DNA of 64,000 bases from Candidatus Marinacidobacterales bacterium. GTDB taxonomy: Bacteria > Acidobacteriota > Vicinamibacteria > Marinacidobacterales > SMYC01. Of the stretch, positions 30,734 to 40,406 are shown in pieces; positions within the stretch are counted from its first letter, which is position 1, and each line of letters starts with the position of its first letter. Made by a program: the position numbers and the translations under genes. Location of the stretch: contig OZ250169.1 of NCBI GenBank assembly GCA_965237955.1, forward strand, positions 4,832,001 through 4,896,000, written 5' to 3'. Below the pieces are notes generated by a model. That model saw only the letters and a list, made by a program, of their open reading frames with translations. It was not told where the DNA came from and did no database searches.

Positions 30734-30784
30734 TGAAAATGATACCCATTTTCAAGATCTATTTTGAAATAGAGTTTCAATTTC
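30734..30784. promoter_or_regulatory. Tandem Fur-box-like operators upstream of the TonB receptor
   Basis: TGAAAATG-ATACC-CATTTTCA (30734-30754) and TTGAAA-TAGAG-TTTCAA (30764-30780), similar to GATAATGATAATCATTATC. Confidence 0.75.
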
Positions 30785-30791
30785 ACTTAGA

Positions 30792-31436
30792 CTAGATTAG
30801 CCAGGCGACGCCGCAGGCGACGAGGGCGGCGCCGGTCACCTGGCTGAAGCGCTCACCCTGGGGCAGCATCTTCTCGGCGGCGAGGAGCACGGTGAGGGCC
30901 GCCATCCACGCGAGGTTCATCACCCCGAGCGCGAACGCGACCGCCATGAGCGCCCAGCAACAGCCGAGGCAGTTCATCCCGTGCCCGAGCCCGACGCGGA
31001 GCCAGAATCCGCGCCCGCTGCGCCAATGAGTCAAGACGTGCCCGAGGGGTGAGCGGCACTTTCTGAGACAGGACTGCTTCATCGGGGTGAACTGGAAAGC
31101 TCCGGCGATGACGAGGAGCGCGGCGGCGGCTTCTCCGGACACCGCCTGCTCCCCGCGCAGGTAGTGCTGCGCCCCTGCCGCCACGAGGCAGTACACGGCC
31201 CAAACGGCAAAGTATCCAGACGAGAAGCGCACAGCCTGGGATGGCTCGAACAGGACGAGCCATGGCAGGAGGGACGGAAGCATCATGGCCACCATCATGA
31301 CGTTCCACATGACGAACGACGCCGCGAACCCGCTCGCATGGCCGTACACGAGAAGGAGCGACCACGCGAGCGCAGCCACCGCGACGATGACTAGCGGCGT
31401 TAATCGCTCGACACGTTCCAATCGAATTGCGACCAC
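30792..31436 (-). CDS. DUF2182 predicted metal-binding membrane protein
   Basis: MMVAMMLP, FQFTPMKQSCLRKCRSP, CLGCCWALM, GVMNLAWM. Confidence 0.88.
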   Translation of the reverse strand: MVAIRLERVERLTPLVIVAVAALAWSLLLVYGHASGFAASFVMWNVMMVAMMLPSLLPWLVLFEPSQAVRFSSGYFAVWAVYCLVAAGAQHYLRGEQAVSGEAAAALLVIAGAFQFTPMKQSCLRKCRSPLGHVLTHWRSGRGFWLRVGLGHGMNCLGCCWALMAVAFALGVMNLAWMAALTVLLAAEKMLPQGERFSQVTGAALVACGVAWLI

Positions 31437-32011
31437 AAGCCGTGAGTCCTTTCCGTGTCGAAGCGGATGACGCCGTCGTCGTAGCGGGAATCTCCGAACG
31501 CGATCACCTGCGATGGAGAGTGGATTTGATTAAAGATGTTCTCGAACCGCACCGGTTCGGAGCTGTCGTGGCCGCGGATCATCTCGACCGTAGCTTCGAG
31601 CACCCCGGGTATGATGACGGTTTTTGTGGGTGTTTCCGTCTCCATTGCGATGGGCAGATAGCGGGTCGGGAGCCTCTTCGAAACGAACTTTGCCAGGATT
31701 CCCCACGGACCACCGAGATCGCCGCGGAAAACGGACTCGAGCGCGCTCCGTTGTTCCTCCGACGCGTCTTCATCTACGAATATGATCTGCGTCCAGCCGC
31801 CGTCGACCATCCGCTGCGGGCTGTCGAACGCAATCACGGCGCGGCGTCCTATTAGCCGGGTCGAATCGACTTCGCCGTCGTCGAATTGAAACGCCCAGTA
31901 TCCGCGGCAGCGTTCGTGTGTGCACAACTGGTCGAAGTGAATGTGCCCGGGGCACACGAGCTGGCAGCTACAGTTTTCGAAGATCAGCCCTTTCGCCCAC
32001 CAATTTGTCAT
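31400..32011 (-). CDS. DUF1326 domain protein
   Basis: FENCSCQLVCP, CRG, DEDASEEQRSAL; usual partner of DUF2182. Confidence 0.88.
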   Translation of the reverse strand: MTNWWAKGLIFENCSCQLVCPGHIHFDQLCTHERCRGYWAFQFDDGEVDSTRLIGRRAVIAFDSPQRMVDGGWTQIIFVDEDASEEQRSALESVFRGDLGGPWGILAKFVSKRLPTRYLPIAMETETPTKTVIIPGVLEATVEMIRGHDSSEPVRFENIFNQIHSPSQVIAFGDSRYDDGVIRFDTERTHGLWSQFDWNVSSD

Positions 32012-32036
32012 TGTTAACCCCTATACTATCGGGCCC

Positions 32037-32457
32037 ATGATACCGATTCTGGCGCTTCTGTTGGGGACGTTCGTCGTGGTGCTCGGCATCGAAAAAGTCA
32101 TCGCGCTCGCGGCGTTGTTCGTCATGACCGGCGCTGCGCATTTCATCGTCACCGAGCCGATGGCGCAGATGGTGCCGCCGCCGCTTCCACCGGTGGCGAC
32201 AGTGTGGGGGACGGGCGTTCTTGAGATTTTCGGCGCGATCGGGCTCTCTCGTGCCGCGCACGTCGAAGCTCGCCGCGTGGTGCCTGTTCGCGTTTCTGAT
32301 CGCGGTTTTCCCCGCGAACATCTACGCGGCAATGAATCACACCGGCCTCGGCGGGCACCTGGATGGCCCCTCTTATTTGTGGCAGCGCGCTCCGTTTCAG
32401 CTACTGCTTCTCGTATGGACGTGGGTTTTCGGAATCCGAAGGAGGGATCGCCGATGA
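32037..32457 (+). pseudogene. DoxX-like membrane protein, +1 frameshift near 32245
   Basis: GAAHF...MVPP...TGVLEIFGAIGL then AAWCLFAFLIAVFPANIYAA...RAPFQ. Confidence 0.75.
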
Positions 32458-32672
32458 AACCAGGCGGCAAGGTCAGTATCGATATCGCGGACGGCTCGCA
32501 GAGTGTCACCGAGACCGTCAACCAGCTACTCGGGGACGACACGACGATCGCGCCCGAAGACGTTCGGCTCCTCGACAACGGCTGGGTACAGCTCAAGCGA
32601 GGCGGAAACAATCTCTACATATCGCCACATGCGGTGGAGTCGGTTCTCGTTGAAGACGGCGAGCTGCCTTGA
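32454..32672 (+). CDS. Small hypothetical protein (72 aa)
   Basis: GGAGG RBS, ATGA overlap with the upstream gene, typical codon usage. Confidence 0.6.
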   Translation: MKPGGKVSIDIADGSQSVTETVNQLLGDDTTIAPEDVRLLDNGWVQLKRGGNNLYISPHAVESVLVEDGELP

Positions 32673-32781
32673 TGGAGAGCCGGTGGGCGTCACGATGCTC
32701 CATGAGTGTCGGGGCCCCTTACGAAGTCATGTCAGTTTAAGTGTAACGGGCAAGATAGTTACGGGCCATTCCCCAAAGGAC

Positions 32782-32798
32782 TGTCCGATTCTCTTACA
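32782..32798. promoter_or_regulatory. Enhancer-binding-protein site TGT-N11-ACA (PrsR-type)
   Basis: ACTGT-CCGATTCTCTT-ACAGT about 100 nt upstream of a sigma54 box, the arrangement known for PEP-CTERM genes. Confidence 0.65.
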
Positions 32799-32896
32799 GT
32801 TCGACGGTTTCCACCGCCGCCTCCCAGGCGACACTTTCAGGTCCATCTCGTTCAAAAGCATCAGGATACAACAATATCCCTTCTTTGGGCGTGGGA

Positions 32897-32912
32897 TGGC
32901 CCGCGTCTTGCA
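32897..32912 (+). promoter_or_regulatory. Sigma54 -24/-12 promoter
   Basis: TGGCCCG-CGTC-TTGCA versus consensus TGGCACG-N4-TTGCW. Confidence 0.75.
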
Positions 32913-32963
32913 ATCGTGAAGAGTAGGTGTAGTTTGTTCAGCACTGAACGGGGGAAGTTCAAC

Positions 32964-33815
32964 ATGAAGTCGAGATCAACAAGCGCAATCGTTCTCGTTG
33001 TCCTCGGGATATCCGTTTTCGCTGCTGCGCCGGGCTTTGCCGTTCCCACGCTTCAGTTGGACGTCGTGGGCGGCATCTATGATGAGGAGACCGAGACCAT
33101 CGTCGCCCCGTCGGGCGAGGAGATCACGCTTGTCGCTCTCCTCACCCCAAGGCCGAGTGACGACCTCGCTGAGATGCTCGGCGACACCTACTTTGTTTCG
33201 GCAGCGCTTCTTCCTGCGGTCGAGGAGTCTGGAGATTTCGGCTCGTTTACGTTCGGACCCGTAGAAGGAGAACCCGTTACCCTCACGGCCGACATGGTTT
33301 TCGGTGTGCCGCCTGAGGAACCGTTGCGGGCGTTCGACGCGAGGGACCTTTCGAGACACGGCGTTTCCGAAACTTTGTTTTCCGAGTTCTCGTTCATGTT
33401 TAACGAGGACCAAGAGGCCGCAACATACAACTCCCAGGACACGCCGGGCGGTGACCTCGATTTACTAGGCACGGGAACGTTCTTCCGAAGATTCACGGTG
33501 AACACGAGCCTCCTGGCCTCGGGCTTCAATTTGCACTTCGACCTCTACAGCACGGAAATGGTCGGCGACATCGAGTTGCTGAGTCTCAGCGAGACCAGTG
33601 AGGATCTATTCGACCGTGACCGGTTCGCGCCGTTCTCCCACGATGCCGAGACACACAGGAACGGCATGCCCGAGCCCATGACGCTTCTCCTTCTCGGTGC
33701 CGGGCTGACCGGGATCGCCGTCATGCGTCGACGACAGAAGTCACTCATGGCCGCTCCTCCTCATCATCATCATCAGGTAGCTTGGGCGGTCGCGGGCGAT
33801 CGAGACTCCAGCTAA
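32964..33815 (+). CDS. PEP-CTERM sorted surface protein (choice-of-anchor N-like)
   Basis: Signal peptide, VPTLQLDVVGG, FAPFSHDA, MPEPMTLLLLGAGLTGIAVMRRR. Confidence 0.85.
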   Translation: MKSRSTSAIVLVVLGISVFAAAPGFAVPTLQLDVVGGIYDEETETIVAPSGEEITLVALLTPRPSDDLAEMLGDTYFVSAALLPAVEESGDFGSFTFGPVEGEPVTLTADMVFGVPPEEPLRAFDARDLSRHGVSETLFSEFSFMFNEDQEAATYNSQDTPGGDLDLLGTGTFFRRFTVNTSLLASGFNLHFDLYSTEMVGDIELLSLSETSEDLFDRDRFAPFSHDAETHRNGMPEPMTLLLLGAGLTGIAVMRRRQKSLMAAPPHHHHQVAWAVAGDRDSS

Positions 33816-36800
33816 TACCACCCCAAAAACTCTTGCCCTTGCGCTCGACTTTATGGTCGCCGTCGACGAGGTATTGCAGGATCGCCTGGTCCCACTGAAG
33901 CCCCGCCGTGGCGACTAGCTTCATCCACGCGCCATACGCGGGCTCGTCCGGCGCTTCGGTACTACCGCTCCAGATCGTCACCTTCGGGTTGTAGCCCCGC
34001 GTTTGCGGGCCCGGCGCGGGTGCGCGTGCGCCTTTGATGGCGGTATGGATCATCACGTCGTCCACCATGGGAACCTTGAACACTTCTTCGTCGTCGAACG
34101 CTTCGCCGTAGCGCCGGTAGCGGCCGTAGTTCCGTTGATTCATCGCGTAGACATCCTCGGCTTCGTTGATGGCATCGACGATGTAATCACGGATCTGAAA
34201 CGCGGCGTCCTTGTGGCGGGGAAAGCGTGCATCGTCGGTGTAGCTGAAGCGGGGGATGAACCATCCCTTGTTCATGCTCCAGTTGCGCTCGGTGATTCGA
34301 CCGCGGCGCACGAGCCCGGTGTACTCGGAAAAAAGCTGCACCAGTTGATGTGACGGATAGCCGTGTGGGTTCAAGAAAATATCGGGAAGCCACATGTTCC
34401 AAAGACGCCTTCTGATGGGCGCTTCAGGATAGATAGGCATCGGCTGGTTGCCGTCAGAGGTGACGTCCGCCCTGAGCGACGCGTAATAGCCCGCGTGCTG
34501 CAGCAGGTCCGGAGTTTTCTCGTAGAGGTCGTACGCGAGCTGGGCGCCGTCGGCGTTGGTGATCGGATGGACGATGACGTTCACCTTGTCGAGCTTTTTG
34601 CGATGCTCAGGATCGGTGAGAAGGAGCTCGGCGAGCTTCAACACGTGCGAGGTCGACGAGACTTCGTTCGCATGCTGGCGCGCCGAATAAATAATGGTGG
34701 GCTTCAGCGTCGTCGCTTTGTAATGCGAAAAGTGCGACGCCTCGAGCGGCGGCATGAGGTCCATCGCCCAAATTTCCTGGCCGAGGTAGCTCTCGCCCAC
34801 TTTGTAGAGCGTGGCCTCGTCGAAGCTCGCCATTTTTGCAAGAACGCCATACGCCTCGCCTGGTGGCATCGGCGTATCCCACTGCACGAGCTCTCCGTCG
34901 GCCGCACGCACCGGGAAGCGGTGGATGTCGGGAACGGCGGCGGGCTCGCCGTTCGCCGGTAGGAGTGCTGTAACCTCGTTCTCCCAATCGATCCGATGCT
35001 CCCACCCCGCGCCGACGACGATCTCGCCGAGATCGTGATAGGCGAGAGCGTTCAGGTAGAGACCATCCGCGCGCATCCGGCTCAAGTGCTCGATCGTCGC
35101 CTTCACTTGTGTGGCGGAGAGGATGCGCTCGTCGACTCGCTCGGAGCGGGTTTGTTTCGATAGCTCGTCACGCTCGTCCTTCTCGGTGTCGACTTTGACG
35201 CGGACGTCGAGCCGGCTGATGCCGCGCTCGCCGGCGCGGACCCGAGCGGCCAGCGCTCGCGGGCGATCCATCTCGATCTTGGGAATGTCGAGGCGGAGCT
35301 CGCCTGTCGTGCCGTCGTTCTCTTCGTAGTCGATGACCACGGCAGGTCGGCTCGTAGCGAAGCCGGTGAAATGAATGCGGGCCGTGCCGGGTTTGCCGTC
35401 CGCTTTCGGCTCCAGGATCGGGAGAACACGTCCGGGATACGTCAGCTCGTCGCCGCGCGCGTTGCGCCCGAGGATGCGGTAGAACATGAGCGTGGTGAAG
35501 TAGATGTCCTCGTGGAGGGCGTCGATGGAAGAGACGAGCTCGTTGTCGAGGTCGAGGAGCTCGTGCGGCTCGCTCAAGCTGAGATCGATTTGGAGCTTTC
35601 CGAAATACGGCGCGTCGCGTCCGGCCCCGCGCGGATTCCCCTCGTGCAGCTTCATGACGTAGTCGTACATCTGCGGGATCGTGCGCTCTTGAAAGTGGTC
35701 CCAAAACCTCTCGGCGTCGGTCGCGATACGTTGATCCACGACGATCTCGGATTCGGCGGTGACCGTCAACCATCCGGTGGTGACGTTCACCATCTCGTAG
35801 TCGCGGAAGCGGTCGATGTAGGGTCTCAGCACGACCTTCGGCGCGAATGTCCCGCGAAACAGTTCGCTTCCATCGGCTGCGGTTGCGATCACTTCATACG
35901 GCGGCGCGTCGGCAGACGCGGCTTCGAAGCGAATCGCTTCGGTCCCAAGGTCGAGCTCGCGCGCGCGGATCTCGTCGATGGGGAAGGCTTCGTGCAGCCA
36001 CCGGAGCGGCGTGCCCATCGCTTGCTGGCGTCACTCTTCGGGCGGGTCATAACGCGCGAATCGAATCGTGATAGCGGATACGGCCGTGTCGGCGAGTGCG
36101 GGGCGCACGACGTCGTACAGCCAGCTGTAGCCTTGCTTGTATGCAGACAGGACGCGCACTTCGGCGGTTGCACCGAGATCCTCTTCGATCGCTTTCGTCA
36201 GCTGAGCTCGTATCTCCGGAGGCTCGGATAGTCGGAGCTCGACGGCGACACCGTCTTTGCCGGCAACGTGCGGGAGCGCTCTCTCGCGGAAGAGTCGCCA
36301 GAACTCGTCCACTTCGGAGGGGACTTCGAAGCGCTCGTCGAAAACCGTTGCCGCGTTTTGGACGTCGCGATCGTCGATGACGACGTCGATGGAGCCGGCG
36401 CCGAGTGCCTGAGCGCGCTCGCGCACCACATCGCCGAAGCCGTCGTCGGGTTTCTCGAGCGAGACGAGGACCTTCGCCGAGCGAAGCTCGGCGTTCGCGA
36501 ACTTGGCCCCGAGCTTCACGATTAACTGGTCGAGTTTGTAGAGCGCGATCGCAGCCTGGCCCGCGGGCGAGCGGCCCGAGAAGAATCGCCACAGATCCAT
36601 CTCGACATCGTCGAGCGTGGTGCGATCCTTGCCGCGCTCCCAGATGTTCGGAAAACGCTCCGAGAGTTGCTCGATCGCGCGATCGACGCCCTCGACGTCT
36701 CCGCCGTGAACGACGACAGCACCTTTCGGGCCGAACGCGTTGGGAACGACGCGGATAGCACCTTCGCCGACATCGAGCTCTATGTCTGGTATCGAGTCTT

Positions 36801-37821
36801 CGCCCAGTAGAGGATGCTCGCCGATGAGAACGAGCGTCGGCTCGTCCGAGGCGTTTTCGATTTCATGCGGCAGTCGCACGATCGGAACCGACATACCGGC
36901 CGATTCGAGTCCGAGCCGGGCGGCGAGGTCGATCGTTTTCTCGATTCCGTCCGCCGGGCTCAACACGACGTCGATGCGATCGGCGATGAGGTTCGTATCG
37001 GCGTCGCCCAGGAGACCGTTGGGCGTGAACAGATTCGAGAAGTCGAGATCGCGTTTCGGGCCCGAGCCCGGCCGCGCGGGAATCGGACTGTCTCGTGACT
37101 CTTGCTCGACCCGCGGAAACCGAACTTCGGCGCCATCCATCGTAAGCACCACCGTCTCGACGTTGTCGTACGAGGGTGCATAGTCCAGGAGCATGCGACG
37201 CGCCATCTGCACTTGCGTGTCCGGGACTTCGAGGGTCACGGCGAGCTCGGAAACACGGTCGTCTCGGACCGTCATCCGCGTCACTCGGATATCGGTGAGC
37301 TCGACGACTTGCTCCGCCAGAGCCTCGCGGAGATCGTCGATGACATCGGACAGCGACGCGCCGTCGGGATCCCACAGGTGAGGAAGACGCCCGGCAAACG
37401 CGAGCGCGGCGTTGCGCGTGCCCGATTCGTAAGGGCCGGCGATAACGACCCAGTCGCGTCCTTCGACGTGGGCGGTGGTGACGATGCCCTCGTCGGGGGA
37501 CAGCGTGTCGATATTCACACCGAGTCCGGACGCCGCTTCGGCACCGATGGCGATCCCGACACCGCTCTCGCTTGCGGTGAGTGGTAAGTTCATCGCCATG
37601 GTCTCGAAGCCGAGGCGGACGGCGACGTCCGCGGCCGAGGCAACGGTTGCGGCAATAGGTTGCTCCCCGAGCACGAGCTCGACGTTGACGAAATCGACGA
37701 CGACGACGCCGTTTCTGTCTTCGAGGATGAAACCTTCGTCGAAGAGCTCGTTCAGGGGACGCTGGGCACCCGCGTTCGCCGCGAGGCCCAGGCATATGAG
37801 CGCGGGCACGAGTCGTTTCAT
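33745..37821 (-). pseudogene. Very large secreted protein (~1350 aa) with C-terminal M14 zinc carboxypeptidase domain, interrupted by one in-frame TGA at 36031-36033
   Basis: The two ORFs are in the same frame (PPEE*RQQAMGTP); ARQHANE, NADG, LNPHGYP, TEAPDE M14 motifs. Confidence 0.8.
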
Positions 37822-37855
37822 GGCGGCAAATTATAGTCTGCTATAGGATCTAGCG

Positions 37856-38989
37856 ATGAGGATGACGCGGTCACTAGGCCTCGCGGTCGCCGCCGTCGTA
37901 CTCGCCGTACTAACGACCCTCGTTACCTCATCGTGCGCGCGCGATACGCCGAGCGAGCCCGCAGGCGCCCGGCAGGCGAAACAAGACCTCCACGAGCTCA
38001 CCCGGGCGCGTGTCGAAGCGGGCACGCTTGCGAGGACCGATGGCTACGTCTACGCCGTGGACGTGGGGCTTCTGATGATCTTCGCTGCGGGCGAGGGTGA
38101 CGAGGCGATGTATGGAGCGCTCCGCGATTTCGCGCTCGAGCATCTCCTGCTCGATTCCGACGACGATCCCTATACGCGAGGCTTCGTGGCGTGGCGTTAC
38201 AGCGAGGGTATCGCACCCGATGCCTCGGGAACGACGGAGGCGCTTCGCTTGGCCGAGGGTCTGTGGCGGGGCGCGGAAGCGTTCGACTCGGACACCGATC
38301 GCGAAACGGCTCTTTTCGTACTGGACGGCTACGCCCGGCACGCCGCCGAAGAGCAAGGTGTGTGGATGATCCGCAACTACTTCAACATCGACACGCGATC
38401 GTTCGCGACAAACTCGTTCCTGGTCGACTACGCGCCCGATTTCGTCGCCGAAGTCGCCGAAGCGATGGGTCGTGAGGATCTAGCACGTATCGCCGAGCGC
38501 TCGTATGAGCTGCTTGAAAAAGCGCGCGCGCCGAGCGGACTTCTGTATGCGATGGTACAGCCGGAGGTGGCGACGCTCCTCGACGACGAGCGCGCGGTGA
38601 TCTTCTCGCCAAACGACGCGATCCAAATCTCGAACACCGCCACTGTCGCGTTTTGTGCGGTGCGAGGACGTCCTGCGATTGGACGGGAGGTCGTCGACTT
38701 CGCCCATGAGCGGATGCCGAATCTGCGCGGTACTTACTACGGACGCACCGCCGAAGTCGCCCGCGACAAACGTCCGGGCATCGAAGCATGGTCCTCTCTC
38801 GTACGTCTCTCCATCGCACTCGAGGATGGCGAAGCGCTCCACGCGTTCTACCCGTTTCTCGTGAGCAACGCGGGGCGGAAGTGGCGCATCCCCAAAGACG
38901 CATGGCTCTACGTTTCTGCCGAGCTCCTGTTGGGATTGCAGGCGGTAGCGCCCGCTGAGCCCGCTGAGCCCGCTGAGGATGCTTCGTGA
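37856..38989 (+). CDS. Hypothetical lipoprotein, possibly an (alpha/alpha)6 glycosidase-like fold
   Basis: Lipobox-like TSSC; VAWRY and DASGTTEALRLAEGL recall GH8-like helices (weak). Confidence 0.55.
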   Translation: MRMTRSLGLAVAAVVLAVLTTLVTSSCARDTPSEPAGARQAKQDLHELTRARVEAGTLARTDGYVYAVDVGLLMIFAAGEGDEAMYGALRDFALEHLLLDSDDDPYTRGFVAWRYSEGIAPDASGTTEALRLAEGLWRGAEAFDSDTDRETALFVLDGYARHAAEEQGVWMIRNYFNIDTRSFATNSFLVDYAPDFVAEVAEAMGREDLARIAERSYELLEKARAPSGLLYAMVQPEVATLLDDERAVIFSPNDAIQISNTATVAFCAVRGRPAIGREVVDFAHERMPNLRGTYYGRTAEVARDKRPGIEAWSSLVRLSIALEDGEALHAFYPFLVSNAGRKWRIPKDAWLYVSAELLLGLQAVAPAEPAEPAEDAS

Positions 38990-39822
38990 AATTCGCGAGC
39001 GCGGACGTCACCCGCTACTACGACGCCAACACGAAGAGCTTCCTCGCCCGAGGGCAGGGAGGCTCTCACGGAGCTATCCACCGTGCGGTTTGGGGTGCGG
39101 GCGTTAGAAGCCGCGGGGAGGCGTTCCATTTTGTGCACGGCTTGTTGCGACGCGAGATTACGATCGTGAGAGCGTCGAAAGTACCTAAAGTGTTAGACCT
39201 CGGGTGCGGCACGGGCGCGAGCCTCGCTGCCGTGGTCGAAGGTAGTGACGCAGTCGCATACGGCGTGACCAACAGCTCGGTCCATGCGCGGCTGGCGCGC
39301 GAGAGGTTGGGAGAACGCGCGACCATCTACGAGCGCGACTTCTGCTCCGAGTCCCTACCTCGAGGTATCGACATCGCGTTCGGTATCGAGTCCTTCGTGC
39401 ACGCGCCCGATCCGAAAGCATTTTTTGCGAACGTGGCTCGCTCGCTGCGACCCTCCGGCCGGCTCGCTCTGTGCGATTACTTTCTCGCCGGCGCGAAGCA
39501 CGAGCGTTGGGTCCGGGATTTCCAGGAGGGCTGGCATGTGAGCTCGCTTCTGAAGCCGGAGCGCGTCGACGCCATCGCGGCAGCCCACGGCTTCGAGCTC
39601 GTCGACGATCAGGACTTCACCCCGCTCCTCGAGCTCGACCGTCCTCGCGACCGAGTCTTGGGCGCGGTAGTGGTATTGGGAAGGCCGGTTTTCAGCGCGA
39701 GCCCGCGGTGCCTATGGTGCCTTCGGTGGATGTCCCTGTCCGGCGGTCATGCGCTTCGCCAATGTCTCAAGCACGGCCATGTGCGCTACCGCTACCGAGC
39801 ATGGCAGAAGGGCGAGCTATGA
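38986..39822 (+). CDS. SAM-dependent methyltransferase (sterol/tocopherol MT-like)
   Basis: RYYD, IHRAVW, VLDLGCGTG, IESFVHAPD. Confidence 0.85.
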   Translation: MKFASADVTRYYDANTKSFLARGQGGSHGAIHRAVWGAGVRSRGEAFHFVHGLLRREITIVRASKVPKVLDLGCGTGASLAAVVEGSDAVAYGVTNSSVHARLARERLGERATIYERDFCSESLPRGIDIAFGIESFVHAPDPKAFFANVARSLRPSGRLALCDYFLAGAKHERWVRDFQEGWHVSSLLKPERVDAIAAAHGFELVDDQDFTPLLELDRPRDRVLGAVVVLGRPVFSASPRCLWCLRWMSLSGGHALRQCLKHGHVRYRYRAWQKGEL

Positions 39823-40403
39823 TGACGGCCAGGGCGCACGCGGCGGTTTTGATGGCTCTCGCGCTCTCGTGCTTGAGCTACGCAGAATCGAAGCGGTACG
39901 AGATCGATCCCGAGCATCTCACAATAGGCTTTCTCGTCGACCACGTGGGTTTCGCGAAAGTGTTCGGGATGTTCCGTGACGCGCGTGGCGGGTTCACGTT
40001 CGATGAAGAAACGAGCACGATCTCGGACGTTCGCGTCGTCGTGCAGACCGCGAGCGTTTTCACCGGCGTCGACGCTCGCGATCAGCACTTGAAGAGCGGC
40101 GACTTCCTCGACGTCGAAACGTTTCCCGAGATGATCTTCGAAGCGGATCGATCGGTGCTAGAGAATCACAAAGGAACGCTGACGGGCCGTCTCACGATTC
40201 TCGGCGTGACCAAGCCGCTGACGCTGTCGGTGACGTGGAATAAGAGCGGCGAATCGCCGCTTCCGGGAAATCCCTACGTCGCCGGCTTGTCGGCCCGGGG
40301 CAGTTTTGCGCGGAGTGAGTTCGGGATGACGTACGGCGTTCTCGACGGCCTCGTGGGCGAAAACGTCGAGCTCATCATTGAGCTCGAGGCTCACCGGCAG
40401 TAG
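39819..40403 (+). CDS. YceI family protein
   Basis: YEIDPEH, RDQHLKSGDFLDV, GRLTILGVTKP. Confidence 0.92.
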   Translation: MMTARAHAAVLMALALSCLSYAESKRYEIDPEHLTIGFLVDHVGFAKVFGMFRDARGGFTFDEETSTISDVRVVVQTASVFTGVDARDQHLKSGDFLDVETFPEMIFEADRSVLENHKGTLTGRLTILGVTKPLTLSVTWNKSGESPLPGNPYVAGLSARGSFARSEFGMTYGVLDGLVGENVELIIELEAHRQ

Positions 40404-40406
40404 CAC

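Noticed and set aside
36031-36033. Selenocysteine or genetic-code reassignment at the in-frame TGA
   Set aside because: TGA is used as a normal stop throughout, the context is not a redox motif, and no SECIS was recognised
38951-38977. 9-bp tandem repeat x3 (PAE)
   Set aside because: Short low-complexity protein tail
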